NCBI RefSeq assembly: GCF_018350175.1
Contig: NC_058368.1
Location: 162,690,001-162,754,000, forward strand
Length of the DNA stretch: 64,000 bases
Source: Felis catus
Taxonomy: Eukaryota
Direction of reading: 5' to 3'
The notes beneath the pieces are model-generated. The model had not been told where the DNA came from, searched no databases, and was given only the letters and a program-made list of their open reading frames with translations. Position 1 is the first letter of the stretch, and each line of letters opens with the position of its first letter. Below, piece after piece: positions 25,283-38,954 of this stretch. Made by a program: the position numbers and the translations under genes.

Positions 25283-27163
25283 AGAAGAGAAAATTGATGA
25301 TCACTAGGAGCCTCTCCCTCTGCTTGTAACTTGGGTTATAAGGACAGGATAGCTCACCTGCGTGATTTATGGGAGGCTAAAAAGGCTCTGTTGCTCTGAC
25401 TGGCAGCTATAGGACCTGATAGAGGACAGAACTTTTATATAATATTGGGATGTGATTGCTGAGCAGAAAAACACATTTTCCATATTAAGTAGAAAGTAAG
25501 TGGAAACTAAGTTAAAATCTGAAAAGGTCTTAGTATGAAGCATCATACAGTGCTCCATAGAAAGATGGTGAAGTCACATTTGCTCAGGAACCTCTACTGT
25601 TTTCTCTAACTTGGACAACTACAGAATGAATGCTTTTCAAAAGTGTAACAGATTGGACATCCAATTCATGCAGTTGGAAATCAAATTTAAATCAGAAACC
25701 CCTCAAAGCAAAGTGTCCCTGTTTGGCTGACTTAAGACTCCACTCAGGTGTGCATCAAGACAAATACCAAGGCCAGATTTCTTGTCTTAAATTCCCAACC
25801 CTATTTTGAGTTATTAAAAAAAATTCTTTATTTGAACTTAAATGTCATGCGTTAGTATGGCTGCATGTTAACATCTAATTACATTTGCCTGTGGATTCAT
25901 TAATTCATCAAAATTTGCCAACTTTACTGCTGGGAACATATAACAAAAGTATGAATTCTGTGAAGCACGAGTTGCTTTCCTAACATATGACAAAGCTGGG
26001 AAATTTTCAAGAGAAAGATGATGCACATAGGTAACCAAGTAAGTAGCTCCTGCTAAGTTAGCTGATGAAGAGGGGAATGTATAGTGGTCTAGGAATGCCT
26101 CGGAGGAGGAAAAGGGGAGCAAAAGGCAGGGCAGGGCATTTAAAGAATATACAGGCTCTGTAAGATTGTGTTTTATACTGCCTTAGTTCAAGAATGCTTT
26201 GCAGTCTATGACCCATGATCATCTCTGTGACATTCCAAGGAAACTTGAGAGCAAGCGGCAGTTCCCAGGAAGCTGGCCCCATGACTGGAATGAGCAACCA
26301 CAAGCTGGAGAGACTAAAAGACCTCAAACTTATCTGGTAGAGTTCCTCTACAAGTGAGTGCTCCAAAAATACCTATTAGCTGCTCCCATACCTATGTTAT
26401 TTATTTCTAAAATTTCATTCGTCATGTAAGAATTCTGCTGAATAATTTCCAGGCAATAAATAGTTCTTGCTATCCTTCATCTTGTTCCAGCTAGTGAAAC
26501 TATGGAAAACCAACCCCCTAAACTGTTTATTAGCTTTGTAGTGCCATTTTCCATTTCCTTTAAATCCCTAAATGTCTATGAATCTTGAAAGTGTCACATG
26601 TTTCCTTACTATAGTCTTCCATTGACTTGAGATAGTGGATTTTTATAAACAACCGAAATGTGTGTCTCTATTTCCACTTCAATAGAGAAGGTCTCCTGTA
26701 TTTATTTCCTGTTAAGAGGTAGGTAGTTAAGATTAGAATTTAGGGAAAATTCACTGTTCTTATATACACGGATGCTCACTTTAGAAGTTAATAGAACCAT
26801 CACTCCATCTCAGATAATGGTCTACCCTTTGATTATTTGTAATTGCTTGAGAGTAGTCAGCAGATCTCTAGAGACATTTGGAAATGAATTTACAAAATTG
26901 ACTTACTCTTGAAATAGAATGAAACAATAAAGATAAATCATTTTAATAGGAATCAAAATTCTACTCCTCTCAAATATAAATTCTCTGAAGAAAATGTATT
27001 TTGGGGAATCCTTATAAAGACAAATATCATTTCAGGAATTTTTGACTTAAAGAAATTGAAAATAACTTCTGAAGAGGACACATCTGGCAAGTCAAAATTC
27101 CTGGGTTCAGTTTTAATTGACATTTTCATTTAGGTGCAATAGTTGATGAAAGGAACAAATTCT

Positions 27164-27385
27164 GGTGTGTCTGGGTGGCTTAGTCGGTTAAAGCATTTGA
27201 CTTTGGCTCAGGTCATGATCTCATGGTGCATGGGTTTAGGCCCCATGTTGGGTTCTGTGTTGACAGCTCAAAGCCTGGAGCCTGCTTCAGATTCTGTGTT
27301 TCCTACTCTGCCCCTCCCCACTCTGTGTCCTTTGCTGTTTCCTACTCTGCCCCTCCCCACTCTGTGTCCCACCTGTGTCCTTTGC
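27164..27385 (+). mobile_element. Carnivore SINE lacking an A tail, ending in a tandem duplication
   Basis: SINE head and body, then a 34-bp exact repeat (27297-27330 / 27336-27369). Confidence 0.88.
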
Positions 27386-29649
27386 TGGGAATCAGAGTTA
27401 CTCAGGCATGATGGATGTTTCCTGGAGGAGGTGTGCAAGCAGGTTAAGTTTGGTGGCCTAAACTGATCTTTATGAGAGAAATGGATGCATGAAGTATTAG
27501 CCAATTGTCAGACTAGAATCTGGGCCAACTGGCAGATGGGCCTGCAGGCATATATAAATGATCTTCGTTCATGACATACTAGACTTGGTTCTATAAGAAA
27601 ATGTAAGCTAGAATCAGAAAATGAACATGCTCTCCAGTTCTGCTCAATACTCTGTAGCCCTAAGGACTATAGCCCCCACAACTCTGGATCCCAATTTTCC
27701 AAGTATCAGAATCTAGGTTTTGGCACAGACATTGGCATTGACAAGGTGGGCATCAGCTATAGTGACAGACACATACTCATGCTTTTCACAACCAATAGCC
27801 ATCATGGAGAGGGTTGGAGCTGCTGAGGAAGAATATGGCAGATGTTGACACGGTAACTGGAGAGAGACAATTCTTTTATGTCTTCTGCTCTCTCCTCTTC
27901 TGGTAGATTCACATGCACAGTCTAATGAAGAGCAAGGCCTCTACTACACAGCAGCAGCGTTTGGTTATCTGATAAGGTAAAAATATACGCCAGAGAAATT
28001 ACCTTACTATAAATCCATAGCCTGTCCCCTCCAAAATGCCCCATAAATGTGTAGAGTAGTACGGGTACAGATTACTCACCTGAAACCTTTACCAAGAGAA
28101 GACTGAGTATTGTATTGCAAAGCAAGACTAGCCCTTTGTATTCTAATTTCTTTATTCATCAGCATAATTGCCAACTTACTCAGACTTCAGGATTTTTATT
28201 GTTGGTGATGTGTATTAATTTGAAAGCATGTGACAATCAGTTGAGCAAAGTACAGGCTCTGAAAAAAATTGTGTGTTTAATCTGACAGTGTAATTGATAT
28301 GAAAATTATAATTGGTTAATGAATATGGAACACTTGGATCACATTAATTTTTCTGATTACTTTCACGGGTTTTCTTCAATTAGTTTTACTATCACATATT
28401 CCTTTTCATTTTTAACTCCACCAAAATGGGGAAAATATGGACACTCACTTGAATAAATCCCAAAATAACAGGCATATAGACATCCAGAGTTGCCTTGGAC
28501 AACAATGAGCATGAGGCTGCTGGTGTTCCACTGAAGATGTTGTTTTGGTGACCAACACTCTTGAAGCCCTGAGATAGCCAGATCTGAAAAGAAGATCACT
28601 CTGACAACTCTGTGATGGCTCAGGAAATTCTCAAACTACGTCAATATCTGGCTCTAACCCTAGTGTCTTTTCTTCTCGTGTTGCCTGTCCCTCAGCAGAG
28701 CCTGAGTTAGGCTGTAAGTACAGGATGAAGAATAAAGCCAATATTAGGCAGGAAGACAACCTAAGCAAATTGGAGAAATTTGACATTTACTTAAGATAAC
28801 CACTAAAATAACATATAAAGACTGGTGTGATTGAAGATTAAGAGCGATCTACCTTTTCCAGGAAAGGTACAGACACCTATCAAGCTATCATTCTCAACTC
28901 TGGATTGAAAGAACATTATCCTCCCCTCCACCCTCTCCCCAAAGCTTAATAGGCTGCCTCATGTTTTTCAAATTCCACATGGAGGAGCCCAAAAAAACTT
29001 TTTTTTCAAATTTTACTCAAAATATGTTGTATTTCATTAAGAACCATTCAACACAATAATTCAAGGACATAGGGGAAAAAAAATCTAAGTCTGGAAATTA
29101 TCTCATGGACTATCCAAACACACAGACTAGAAGAAGTATAAATTGTATCCCATGATGATGATAAAAAAGCAGAAATATTTTCTCATTTATATCCAATATA
29201 AAAAATGTACCCTTTCCTTTTCCCAATTAGATTTCACTGATATTTTTGATAATACATTTTCCCTTGTTATTAAGGACATAAGAATCACAGCCATTTATAG
29301 TTTTGAAGACATATGTAGTCCCTGAACATAATTAAAACTATATCATTTAACAATGATTATTGTTACTGCATTTTATTTGTTACCCATGCCTTCCTTTAAA
29401 TTTATTTTAGTTGAATTCAGTTAACTACATCTGTCATTGTTACCTACTGTGTTTTCAAAATCTCTAGCCTGAAAATGCCATGTTTTTGAATCACACTGGT
29501 TTTACATAATCAAATCTGAGACTCTTCACCATTAAGCACAAATATTTAGATCGCTCTTATTACTATAATTGTATTGGGATTGATTTCAGTTTTCCTAATT
29601 AATATTTTCTACTTCCATATTCTCTTGACACTTTAAAATTTTGTTTTCA

Positions 29650-29792
29650 AGTGTACCTGGATGGCTCAGTCAGTTAAATGTCCAACTCTTGGTTTCAGCT
29701 CAGGTCATGATATCATGGTTTGTGAGTTTCACCCCGGAATCAGGCTCTCTGCTGTCAGCATGGATAGATGCTGTCAGCATGCTGTCAGAATA
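29650..29792 (+). mobile_element. 3'-truncated carnivore SINE
   Basis: CCTGGATGGCTCAGTCAGTTAA head; ends in triplicated TGCTGTCAG. Confidence 0.85.
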
Positions 29793-30520
29793 CTGCTTTC
29801 TCAGGATTCATAGCAATAGATGACTCAAGTACAGGGAAGTAAATCTAAGGTGCTAAATCTGTGATCATGGTCATTTGATATGAATTGAAATTAAAATGTA
29901 TTCATTCACTCTACCCACTCATTACCCAGCTATAGAATCTCACTCTAGATACATAAAACATAAGATCACTGCCCAAGAGGAACCAAAGGTCCACACCTGA
30001 TGCTAGAACTGCTTCACAAATGATAGGTGTTTATTTAATAGACACTTTCCCCCCTAGCTTCTTCAATTCCATGTATCCTTTTCTTCCACGCATGAAACAA
30101 ACAACTAGTGTAGTTTTCTTCCCTTTTAAATACATTTAAGTTCTTGCCAAAAGAACTTACCCCCTTTAGCTCTCTTTGTTCAATGAATAAAATTAGATAC
30201 CTGTTGACCATTTTTGGGTTTCCAGTAATAACTTCCTCTTGACCATTTCATATCCTTCTAATTTTGTAATTGAAGAAAAATGGCAATGATAAGTTTTAAA
30301 GTTTGCCCCCAACAAATAAAATAGTGAAAAGAGGTTCTAGATTTTAGTTTTTCACCTTATTCAAATCCATTTAATTAGGGGGAAAAAAGCTACTTTATTA
30401 AGATGTAACGTTTCACCTTAACTTTATAAACACAAGAATAGTTATCCCAAACTATGATTAAGCTGACCTTAGATGTAGTAGCATAAGCTAGAAGAAGTAT
30501 TTGTATAAATGTAAAATGAT

Positions 30521-30715
30521 GTGGAGCACCTGGGGGCCCAGTTGGCTGAGCATCTGACTTTTGATTTCAGTTCAGGTCATGATCCCAGGGTTGTGGGATC
30601 AAGCACCAATTAGGGGTCTGTGCTCACAGCATGAAGTCTGCTTGGGATTCAAACTCTCCCTCTATCTATTCCTCTTCCCCTATCACTCTGCCGCCTAAAA
30701 AAAAAAAAAAGAGGA
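30521..30715 (+). mobile_element. Carnivore SINE
   Basis: GGAGCACCTGGGGGCCCAGTTGG head; A tail. Confidence 0.88.
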
Positions 30716-30739
30716 AAAAATGGTGTAACTTACAGTCCT

Positions 30740-31420
30740 ATCAAAACATCAAATATCTATGAATAAACAATGAAATACCTGTAAAAACTCTACACATAAA
30801 GTTACAAACTATCACAGAGTGGAATTAAGACATAAATAAATGGAAAGATAAAACACTTGACAATCAGAAAATTCAATACTATAAATATATTATGTCTCTG
30901 TTAATTGATTTGTAGATTCAGTGTCACACCAATCAAAATCCAAGCAGTTCTTTTAATGGAGATTGCCAGGTTGATTCTCACATTTCTGTAAAAAGGTGGA
31001 GAAGCATGGACACCTAAGACAGTGTTGAATAACATACACTTATAGGACTACAGTAGTTAAGACCGTGTAGTACAGGTACAGATAGAACAATAGGAACAAG
31101 AAACACATACAGATAGAACCTTATTTCTGGCAAAGTTGGCATGAAGAATAATAAAAACTAGATATCTTTCTAATAATTTTTGCTGAATTTATTGGATATG
31201 TGGATATCCATAAAGAACAAATAAATTAATCACTATCTCACAACATACACATGTACTTACATACAAATCATAGTGTCCTATAATTTAATCTTGTTGGTGA
31301 TTACATGAGTGTAATCTTTGGAATTACTTTGGAAAAATATCATCAGAATTTACACTCACAATTTACCCATTTTTCTCTACGTGTGTTATACTTCATGTTA
31401 TACTAAAAAGTATATTCTCA
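30740..31420 (+). mobile_element. Old degraded L1 (L1ME-like) ORF2/3' fragments
   Basis: TAAATAAATGGAAAGATA...TTAATTGATTTGTAGATTCAGTG...CCAATCAAAATCC L1 ORF2-like. Confidence 0.6.
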
Positions 31421-31435
31421 AAAAAGTCCTTACAT

Positions 31436-31625
31436 GGGGTGCCTGGGTGGCTCAGTTGGTTAAGCAACTGACTTTGGCTCAAGTCATGATCTCATAGTTT
31501 GTGGGTTCGAGTCCCAATTGGAGCCTGCTTCAGATTCTGTGTCTCTCTATCTCTTTGCCCTTCCCAGCTCATGCTCTGTCTGTCTGTCTGTCTCTCTCTC
31601 AAAAATAAATAAACAATAAAAAAAT
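31436..31625 (+). mobile_element. Carnivore SINE with internal deletion
   Basis: GGGGTGCCTGGGTGGCTCAGTTGGTTAAGC head; A tail. Confidence 0.9.
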
Positions 31626-31711
31626 TTAATCCTTCTAGATTTCTTTTATAAATTAATGACATTAATGGCTTATCTATATCTATGCCTTCTGCTCTGAAAT
31701 TTTGTAGATGC

Positions 31712-32105
31712 CAATTAGTCTGCTATGGGTTGCCATAGTAAAATACCATAGAGTGAGTGGCTTAAATAACTGAAATTTATCTGTTACAGTTCTGGAAGCT
31801 GGAAGTCCAAGATCAAGGTGTTTGCAGGTTTGGTTTCTCCTGAGGCCTCTCTCTACAGTTGTAGACTAAAACACAGACTGGAACTTTTTAGCTCACTGTG
31901 TCCTCACAACATTTTTCCTCCATGCATGTTCATCTCTGGTGTTTCTTTCACTTCTTGTAAGGGACCTGTCATATTGGATTAGGGCCTCACCCTTAAGACT
32001 CATTTAACCCTAATTATCTCTTTAAAGGCCTTGTCTTCAAATACAGCCATACCAGGGATTAAGGCTTGAATTTTGAGGGGACACAATTCCATCTGTAATA
32101 TCACC
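31712..32105 (-). mobile_element. MaLR (MLT1A/B-like) solo LTR
   Basis: AAATACCATAGAGTGAGTGGCTTAAATAAC...CTGGAAGTCCAAGATCAAGGTG...GGGGACACAATTC. Confidence 0.85.
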
Positions 32106-32269
32106 CATTCTGATTTGGGGACCCAGATGTGTGACTTGCTCTCCCAAACTGGATGTGAAAAATATGCAGAGCCATAAGTCTGGATTCAGGATAAAGATAC
32201 GACAATGAGGAGGTAGCCAGCCATAAATCCATCTTTCCAAGAATATAATAAAAATCTTAATGACTCAAT

Positions 32270-32329
<60 letters not shown>

Positions 32330-32330
32330 A
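32270..32330. repeat. (GAAA)n tetranucleotide microsatellite
   Basis: Seen directly. Confidence 0.95.
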
Positions 32331-32879
32331 AAAACCACAAAATAATACCTTACAAACAACAGCAAAGATGAGATGGAAGGAGACAGACAGTGACATACAT
32401 GTTCATATGCCCTCGTCAAGGTTTTGGCCCAGATTATAGTCAGGGGACAGCATACTGGATACTTCGAAAGGAATGTTAAGGCAAGAAAGGTTTGGGAATC
32501 TGAAAAGAAATTAGTTTGTAGGCTGATTCACAAGATCTTCTGGCAGCCATATTAAGGTAGGATGAACAACATCAAGTCAATAAATATGAATTATGCATGC
32601 ATCATATGCTTAGATCTGTGCTCAGTATTTTTAAAATATATATGGAAGATTAAAAACAAAGTATATGGAGGATAAAATATTCTCCCTTCTTTCAAGGGAT
32701 GCATGACCATTATGGAGAAAGAGGACAACACCATTAGTCTTACAAATAATGGGCACGGATGGTCAGATTTAGGGCTCATATAATCAATTGTAAGGAAACA
32801 GTGCCTCATGATTTTGCTGCAATGCTGTGATGCAGACCTTGTTGTAAAATTAAGGTTGACATTTAAAAAGGAACACCCT

Positions 32880-33090
32880 GGGGCACCTGGGTGGCTAAGT
32901 TGTTTAAGTGTCTGACTTCACCTCAGGTCATGATCTCATGGTTTGTGGGTTCAAGCTCCACACCGGGCTCTGTACTGACAGCTCAGAGCCTGGAGCCTGC
33001 TTCCGATTCTGTGTCTCCTTCTCTCTCTGCCCCTCCCCTACTTGTGCTCTGTCTCTATCAAAAATAAATAAATGTAAAAAAAAATTTTTG
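32880..33090 (+). mobile_element. Carnivore/felid SINE
   Basis: TSD AAAG(G/A)AACACCCTG. Confidence 0.93.
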
Positions 33091-34374
33091 TAAAGAAACA
33101 CCCTGCCCAATATCTTACTGCAATATGTTTCAAAGTATATTTGTACATAAATATTTCATTTTCAATACGTCCATAAAGCCAAATGCCATACAGATTCCCA
33201 GTCTCCCTTCTATGAGGCAACACATTTTTAGTTATGGAAACTGAATTCATATTAACCACTGAATAAGTATGTATCTACTAGATTCTTAAGAAACCATTGA
33301 CAGGTAGAAAGGAATTCAATAAGAGATGCCTGATCTCAGCCCCTTTGGAAGGATTTGTTGATTTTATAATTGACTTAAATTTGAGAGGGATAACAGGCTT
33401 ATATGTTGTTGTGTTTCTACATGGCCTTAGGCAAAAAAAATTTGAATGCACAGGCCATTTCTCCCTCTTTTGTGTGTGGTTTTAAAGCCAAGAGTACAAA
33501 ATATACTCCATATTTTGCTTTTCATAACTAGGAGAAGTATAGTTTGTGCTGAAGGGGTTAAGTTCAAGGCATATTTCACTACACTTTATAAAACACTTAT
33601 AGGATAATAACCATTTTCAATTATATCTAGTCAGGCATCAATACTCAACAATTATTTTTGTAAAATCTCATTCCTATTCTTGCAAGTAAGCAATTCTTTT
33701 CATCTAAAGCCATGTTTTTCAAAGGGGAGTCAAAATTTTCCATGAACATATAGGCTTTAGCCAAGGCAGAGAGTTCTGAGGCAGACCTGTATCTTCAATT
33801 TATCAATTCATATTCTCTCTGTCCTCCTCATGTCTTTCTCTGTTTCCATAGAGATCCTTATTGCTTTGCTTTTTTTTCAGTTTCTCCTTCTCTCTTCATT
33901 TAATGGTATTGCCTCTCTATCCTTTGTCTCTCTCTCCCTTCCTTCTTATCCTTCTCTCTGCTTCCCTCTCTCCTTCACACACACCCACAAGCATTATTTT
34001 ATTCTTCTCTCTCTCAAATGTAGCACAAAAGAAACCAGAGCCAGACTTCAAGAAGTTTGTTCCACCCGTACAGTGTGACCTTAGGGACAAAAGGAAGCTA
34101 CTCATGAACAAATAAAAATACTCTGCAGCAACTGCAGTTCTTATAATCCAAATAATTTGTCATGAACAGTTATGGTTCGATATGCACAAGGTCAGGCCAA
34201 TAACAGCACCTCACTCTTCTGTCCAAACAGTACCAAGTACTGGGCAAGGTATGCAAACCAGGCCAGATGCAATCCTTCCCTCGGGAATTTTCTAACAGAA
34301 AAGACCCTCTACCCCTCAGGATCTGCACTGAAAAGATACAATCCAGGGATGCTCATGACCATGCAATCTTGAGG

Positions 34375-34568
34375 ATCTTAAAGTCTTCAACTAATTGGAT
34401 GAGGCTCATCTATATGATGGAGGGTGTTCTGCTTTACTTAATGTCTGCTCATTGTAAATATTAAACATATCTAAAAAATACCTTCCCAGCAGCATCTGGA
34501 CTACTGTTTGGCCATAATAACTGGGCACCATAGTATAGTCAAGTTGACACATAATATTAACTAACCAT
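34375..34568 (-). mobile_element. MLT2 (ERVL) LTR fragment
   Basis: CTTCAACTAATTGGATGAGGCTC...ATGGAGGGT...CTGCTTTACT...CAAGTTGACACATAATATTAAC. Confidence 0.8.
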
Positions 34569-34959
34569 TGCTGATAGTATGTGAACTAATTGTGTACAGA
34601 TGATTTTAGAAAAGACATTGATCAACTTTTTGAAATAGTTATTTATGATATTTGTTTTAGTGTGACTTGAAAAAGCATAACTAAAATACCAAACCTATGA
34701 TATTAAGCAGATTATCGCAAAGAATATTTTCAAAGCTATGTAAGATAAAATAAATGTATTAATTAAGTGATAGTCCAAGCTGTATGTGTCAAAAACTTGA
34801 AGGTGATACTAAAATTAGTGAAGTTTGGAAAATCCCAGCCTAAGACCTTGTACCATTACAGATGAAAATATCCTTCACTGTTAATAAAACTAGTAGACAT
34901 TTTCCAAGGTAGATTTTGATGAATTAAAGTCATATGCTAAGGACAGCATAGGAGACACA

Positions 34960-35310
34960 TTCTTTGCAGTTAGAAGTGACCAATGATGTAAAAGCAGAGA
35001 TTGGGTAGGACCTCTGAGAAATATTTTGTCCTTCGCCCTTCCTTTTTCTACAGCTTAGAAAGATGCTATGATAACTCCAACAGCCATACTGAACCACAAG
35101 TCAAGCTTAGGATGAAAGCCACATGCTAAGCGTGGTAGAGTAGAAAGAAGAAGTAGTCGGGGCCCTATTGTCCATGACACCAACATACTATTCCTTGGCT
35201 TTCCACCTCCAATTTCTTATACCTGAAGAAAGAAATAAACCTTTCTCTTAATGAAGCCGCTTTAACTGGATTGCTGCTTCTGGCAGCTAAGTGCCATCCT
35301 TAGTGCAACA
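34960..35310 (+). mobile_element. Old MaLR (MLT1J/K-like) LTR
   Basis: CAGCCATACTG...GGATGAAAGCCACATGCTAAG...GAAATAAACCTTTCTC...GCAGCTAAGTGCCATCCT. Confidence 0.65.
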
Positions 35311-36147
35311 GGAAGGACTTCTAAGGAAATTGGAAAAGGAAAAAACACTTTTACCAGCTGGTAAGTTAGGAGGAGATGTTAGAAACAGGACATGAAAACA
35401 AACTGCTAAAACCATTCTAAAACAAACCCTAACTCAGGAAAGAAAGTGAAAGTTTTTGAAATATTTAAGACTAGTTGACAATGTTATCATAGTAGTTTTT
35501 TCCATTTCAACACCTACTCCATCTTGAATCTTGTTTTAGTTGAAATGTGATACAGAAATGTGAATATGACCCCCCCGAAAATGCTCAATAAGGCTTTGAT
35601 CTTGGACAGTTCTGGGTACAAACCAAAACTGAAAAACTGCAAAAGGAAACATGATAGGGTCTATATGAGCTAAAGGATTAAAAATGCAAATTATGAGGAC
35701 ACACACACACACACACACAAACTAAAGAAAAAAATCACTAAAGAAAAATTAACACTGTCCTTCCATCTTACGGATAATTTAATGTTTGTTAGCCTTTCAT
35801 GGTGTTTACCATTATGTTAAATTCAAAATAATAAAATCTGAATTCACCAAACTTTTAGGCTTATTTATATTTTCTTAAAGACTTCTTCACTTTCCATAAT
35901 TATGATTAATAGTGAAATTTTCTTGTGTGTGGAAAGATATCAAAATATCAAAGTGAAATAAAATAATTTTTAAATAAGTACTTACTGGACATTTGAAGAG
36001 CACAGTACTTTATTACACGGAGGGTGATTATAAGCAGTTTCTTAATTGGAAATAAGGTATGAGGTTAAGACCATGGCTCTTTATAGTACACATGGTAATA
36101 ACCATGAGGATGAGCTATTGCAATAATAAAATATGCTTCTCTTTAGT

Positions 36148-36556
36148 TTTTTTTAATATAATTTATTGTCAAACTGATTTCCATACAACACCTTGTGCTC
36201 ATCCCAACAAGTGCCCTCCTCAACACCCATCACCCACTTTCCCCTCTCCCCCACCCCCACCAACCCTCAGTTTGTTCTCAGTATTTAAGAGTCTCTTATG
36301 GTTTGCCTCCCTCCCTGTCTGTAACTTTTTTTCCCCTTTCCCTCCCCCATGGTCTTCTGTTAAATTTCTCAAGATCCACATTTGCGTGAAAACATAGGAT
36401 ACCTGTCTTTCTCTGACTAACTCATTTCACTTAGCATAATACTGTCCAGTTCCATCCAGGTTGCTGCAAATGGCCAAATTTCATTCTTTCTCATCACCAA
36501 GTAGTATTCCATAGTATATATAAACCATCTTTTTTATCCAGTCATCAGTTGATGGA
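36148..36556 (-). mobile_element. 5'-truncated carnivore/felid L1 3' end
   Basis: ATTTATTGTCAAACTGATTTCCATACAACACC...CTCATCCCAACAAGTGCCCTCC; TSD-like CTCTT(T/G)AGTTTTT on both flanks. Confidence 0.9.
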
Positions 36557-37529
36557 CTCTTGAGTTTTTAAAACAAAATGTATCCTCATTGTTTAGAATG
36601 TTAGAGATTTTCTTTTGTTACCTGGGATTCAGTGCTTATCATATACTTTGTTTCTCAGTTTTATTTCTTTCATGGCCACTTGCTTGCCACATTCTAATCT
36701 AAGGAGGGAGAAATACTAAGAGAAGTGAAGGAGTTTTAAATGAGATGTATCACTTAAACTTAAGAAATAAAGTCAAGAAAGAGCTCTTAGCTCAGTGCTC
36801 TCAGAGAGGGCCATATACCTGGAAGGGATTGAGAGTAGTGGACATTTTTCAGAAGCTCTCTTTCATGGATTTCTTCTCCACTGCCTGGGGCCAGACATCA
36901 GAATGATTCACCTCAATGATTCAAAACCTGATTCAGAGATCTAGTTAAAAGAACTTTGTATTTCTTATTATCCTACCTTGTTTCCAGTGGCAAAATAGAT
37001 CATTCAGGATAAATTGGAATGTGTGAAAGTACAAGCAAGTAGATTGAGTCAGAATCATTACTGCCATCAGAGGGGAGCCTGGTATATCAGAGCTTTTATT
37101 AGTCCTTATAGTAAGCAAAATATCCTAAACAAGTAGAAACGTGTTAATTAAATGCACATATTGATTGCTCACACTTCATATAAACTTTAAAGTGATATCC
37201 CACCTTTGCATCTTACCTGTCATATTTAAGTCCAGAGATCTAATCTTCCTAAATGTAAACAAAGTAGTATTTTCCCCGTCAACCCTACAACTTTCAAATC
37301 ACTAAGAACACTAAAATTATCATGGAATAGAATTTTTGTCTTAAATCCTATTAGGGTTCTCAATCTAAAGTTATTTGAGTCCTAAAAACCAATCTTTCAT
37401 CCTTAGTTTTCATATGTACAACATCAGATGTTAATAAATGTCATCACAAATGACCCTGTCCCCTTCAAGCTTATCTTTCTGCATTTGCCTTACTCCTACA
37501 TCTTCTCCTAGTTAGCAGAATTACTTGAA

Positions 37530-38400
37530 GTTCTTGTGGCTCATTAACTAAATTGGGCTGAAGCTACTACAATACCCAGGTGAGAAGCTATGTGGCCTGG
37601 GTGAATATGGCAGCAGTGGAAGAAGAATTGAGAGTTAATCAAGCTCAGGGTATCATTTTTAAGATTGAGACGATTTCCCTGTTCATGGTTTGGTCAAGGT
37701 TTGGTTGTGAAATAGAAGGTATCATTTATGGAGACTGAAGGACTCTCAGGTTTATGGCGGAAAACAATTCAGATAATGACGCTTGATAAAGAGCTCTATT
37801 ACATATTCAAGTACAAAAGTCAAGCAGACATTTATAGTTACTGACATCTGAGTTTAGGAACACAATGAATGCTTGAGATATAAAGTAGGGAATTACAGGT
37901 GTAGAAGATGGTATTTGAAGCTTTGAAATTAAATCAGACCATCCGGATGTGAGTGTAAATAGAAAAAAAAAAGAAAGAAAGGAAGGAAGGAAGGAAGGAA
38001 GGAAGGAAGGAAGGAAGGAAGGAAGAAAGTTGTGCCGGTGAGCACCATATGCTCCAAGATGTAGTGATTCAAAGAGGAGAAAAACGTGCAGGTAGTGTGC
38101 TACATGAGGGGCAAGTCTTTCCTAACACCACAAGGGTCTCTGTCCCAATTAATGGAGTTTGATAGCAATTCTGGCTACGAGTTAAAAAAAAAAAGGAGAA
38201 GAAATCAGAGGAGTCTAAAAAGGAACCACTTGTGAAGTAAGAGTAAAATTATGTGTGCAGGGTTCTGAAGACTGTTGTAACCCAGAAGTCAAGAAAAGAA
38301 AATATTTGAAAAAGGTGAGATAGACCAATAGTGTTAAATGTTAAGAGATCCTGTAAGGGAACACTGTGGATCATCCATTGGGTTTCAAAGATAGAGATCC
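37530..38400. mobile_element. L2 LINE relic containing a (GGAA)n microsatellite (37978-38025)
   Basis: CCAGGTGAGAAGCTATGTGGCCTGG...GATGGTATTTGAAGC L2-like. Confidence 0.55.
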
Positions 38401-38426
38401 CAAAGCACTTATACAAGAGTAACTTT

Positions 38427-38644
38427 AGGGGCGCCTGGGTGGCTCAGTCGGTTGAATGTCCGACTCTTGACCTTGGCTCAGGTCATGATCTCACAGTTCA
38501 TGAGACTGAGCCCTACATCTGTCTGCACTGACAGCGTGGAGCCTGCTTGGGATTTTCTCTCTCCCTCTTTCTCTGCACCACCCCTGCTTTCATGCTCTCA
38601 TTCTCTCTCTCTCTCTCTCAAAAATACATAAATATTTTTTAAAA
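38427..38644 (+). mobile_element. Carnivore SINE
   Basis: TSD AGTAACTTTAG. Confidence 0.93.
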
Positions 38645-38954
38645 AGTAACTTTAGTGGAGCAGTGGAAATGCAACTCTGATTAGAGCGGGTTGAAGAGAG
38701 AATAGGAAATGAGTAAACAGAGAGAATGAGTATAAAAGAAGGTATTGGACCTAATATCTGCAGATATTGTTTTTGATTTTCACAATAGCATAAAGTTATA
38801 AATTACAGAGAAAAATAAGAACACATTGTGGCTACTAGGAAAACCTCATTCAGATCTTTCCTAAATGTCCTGAGTCACAAACAGTCATGAATAAAGAAAT
38901 TTGCTATCCCCTCAGCACTGAAACCGGTTATAGTATATAAGTCACCCTAAATGT

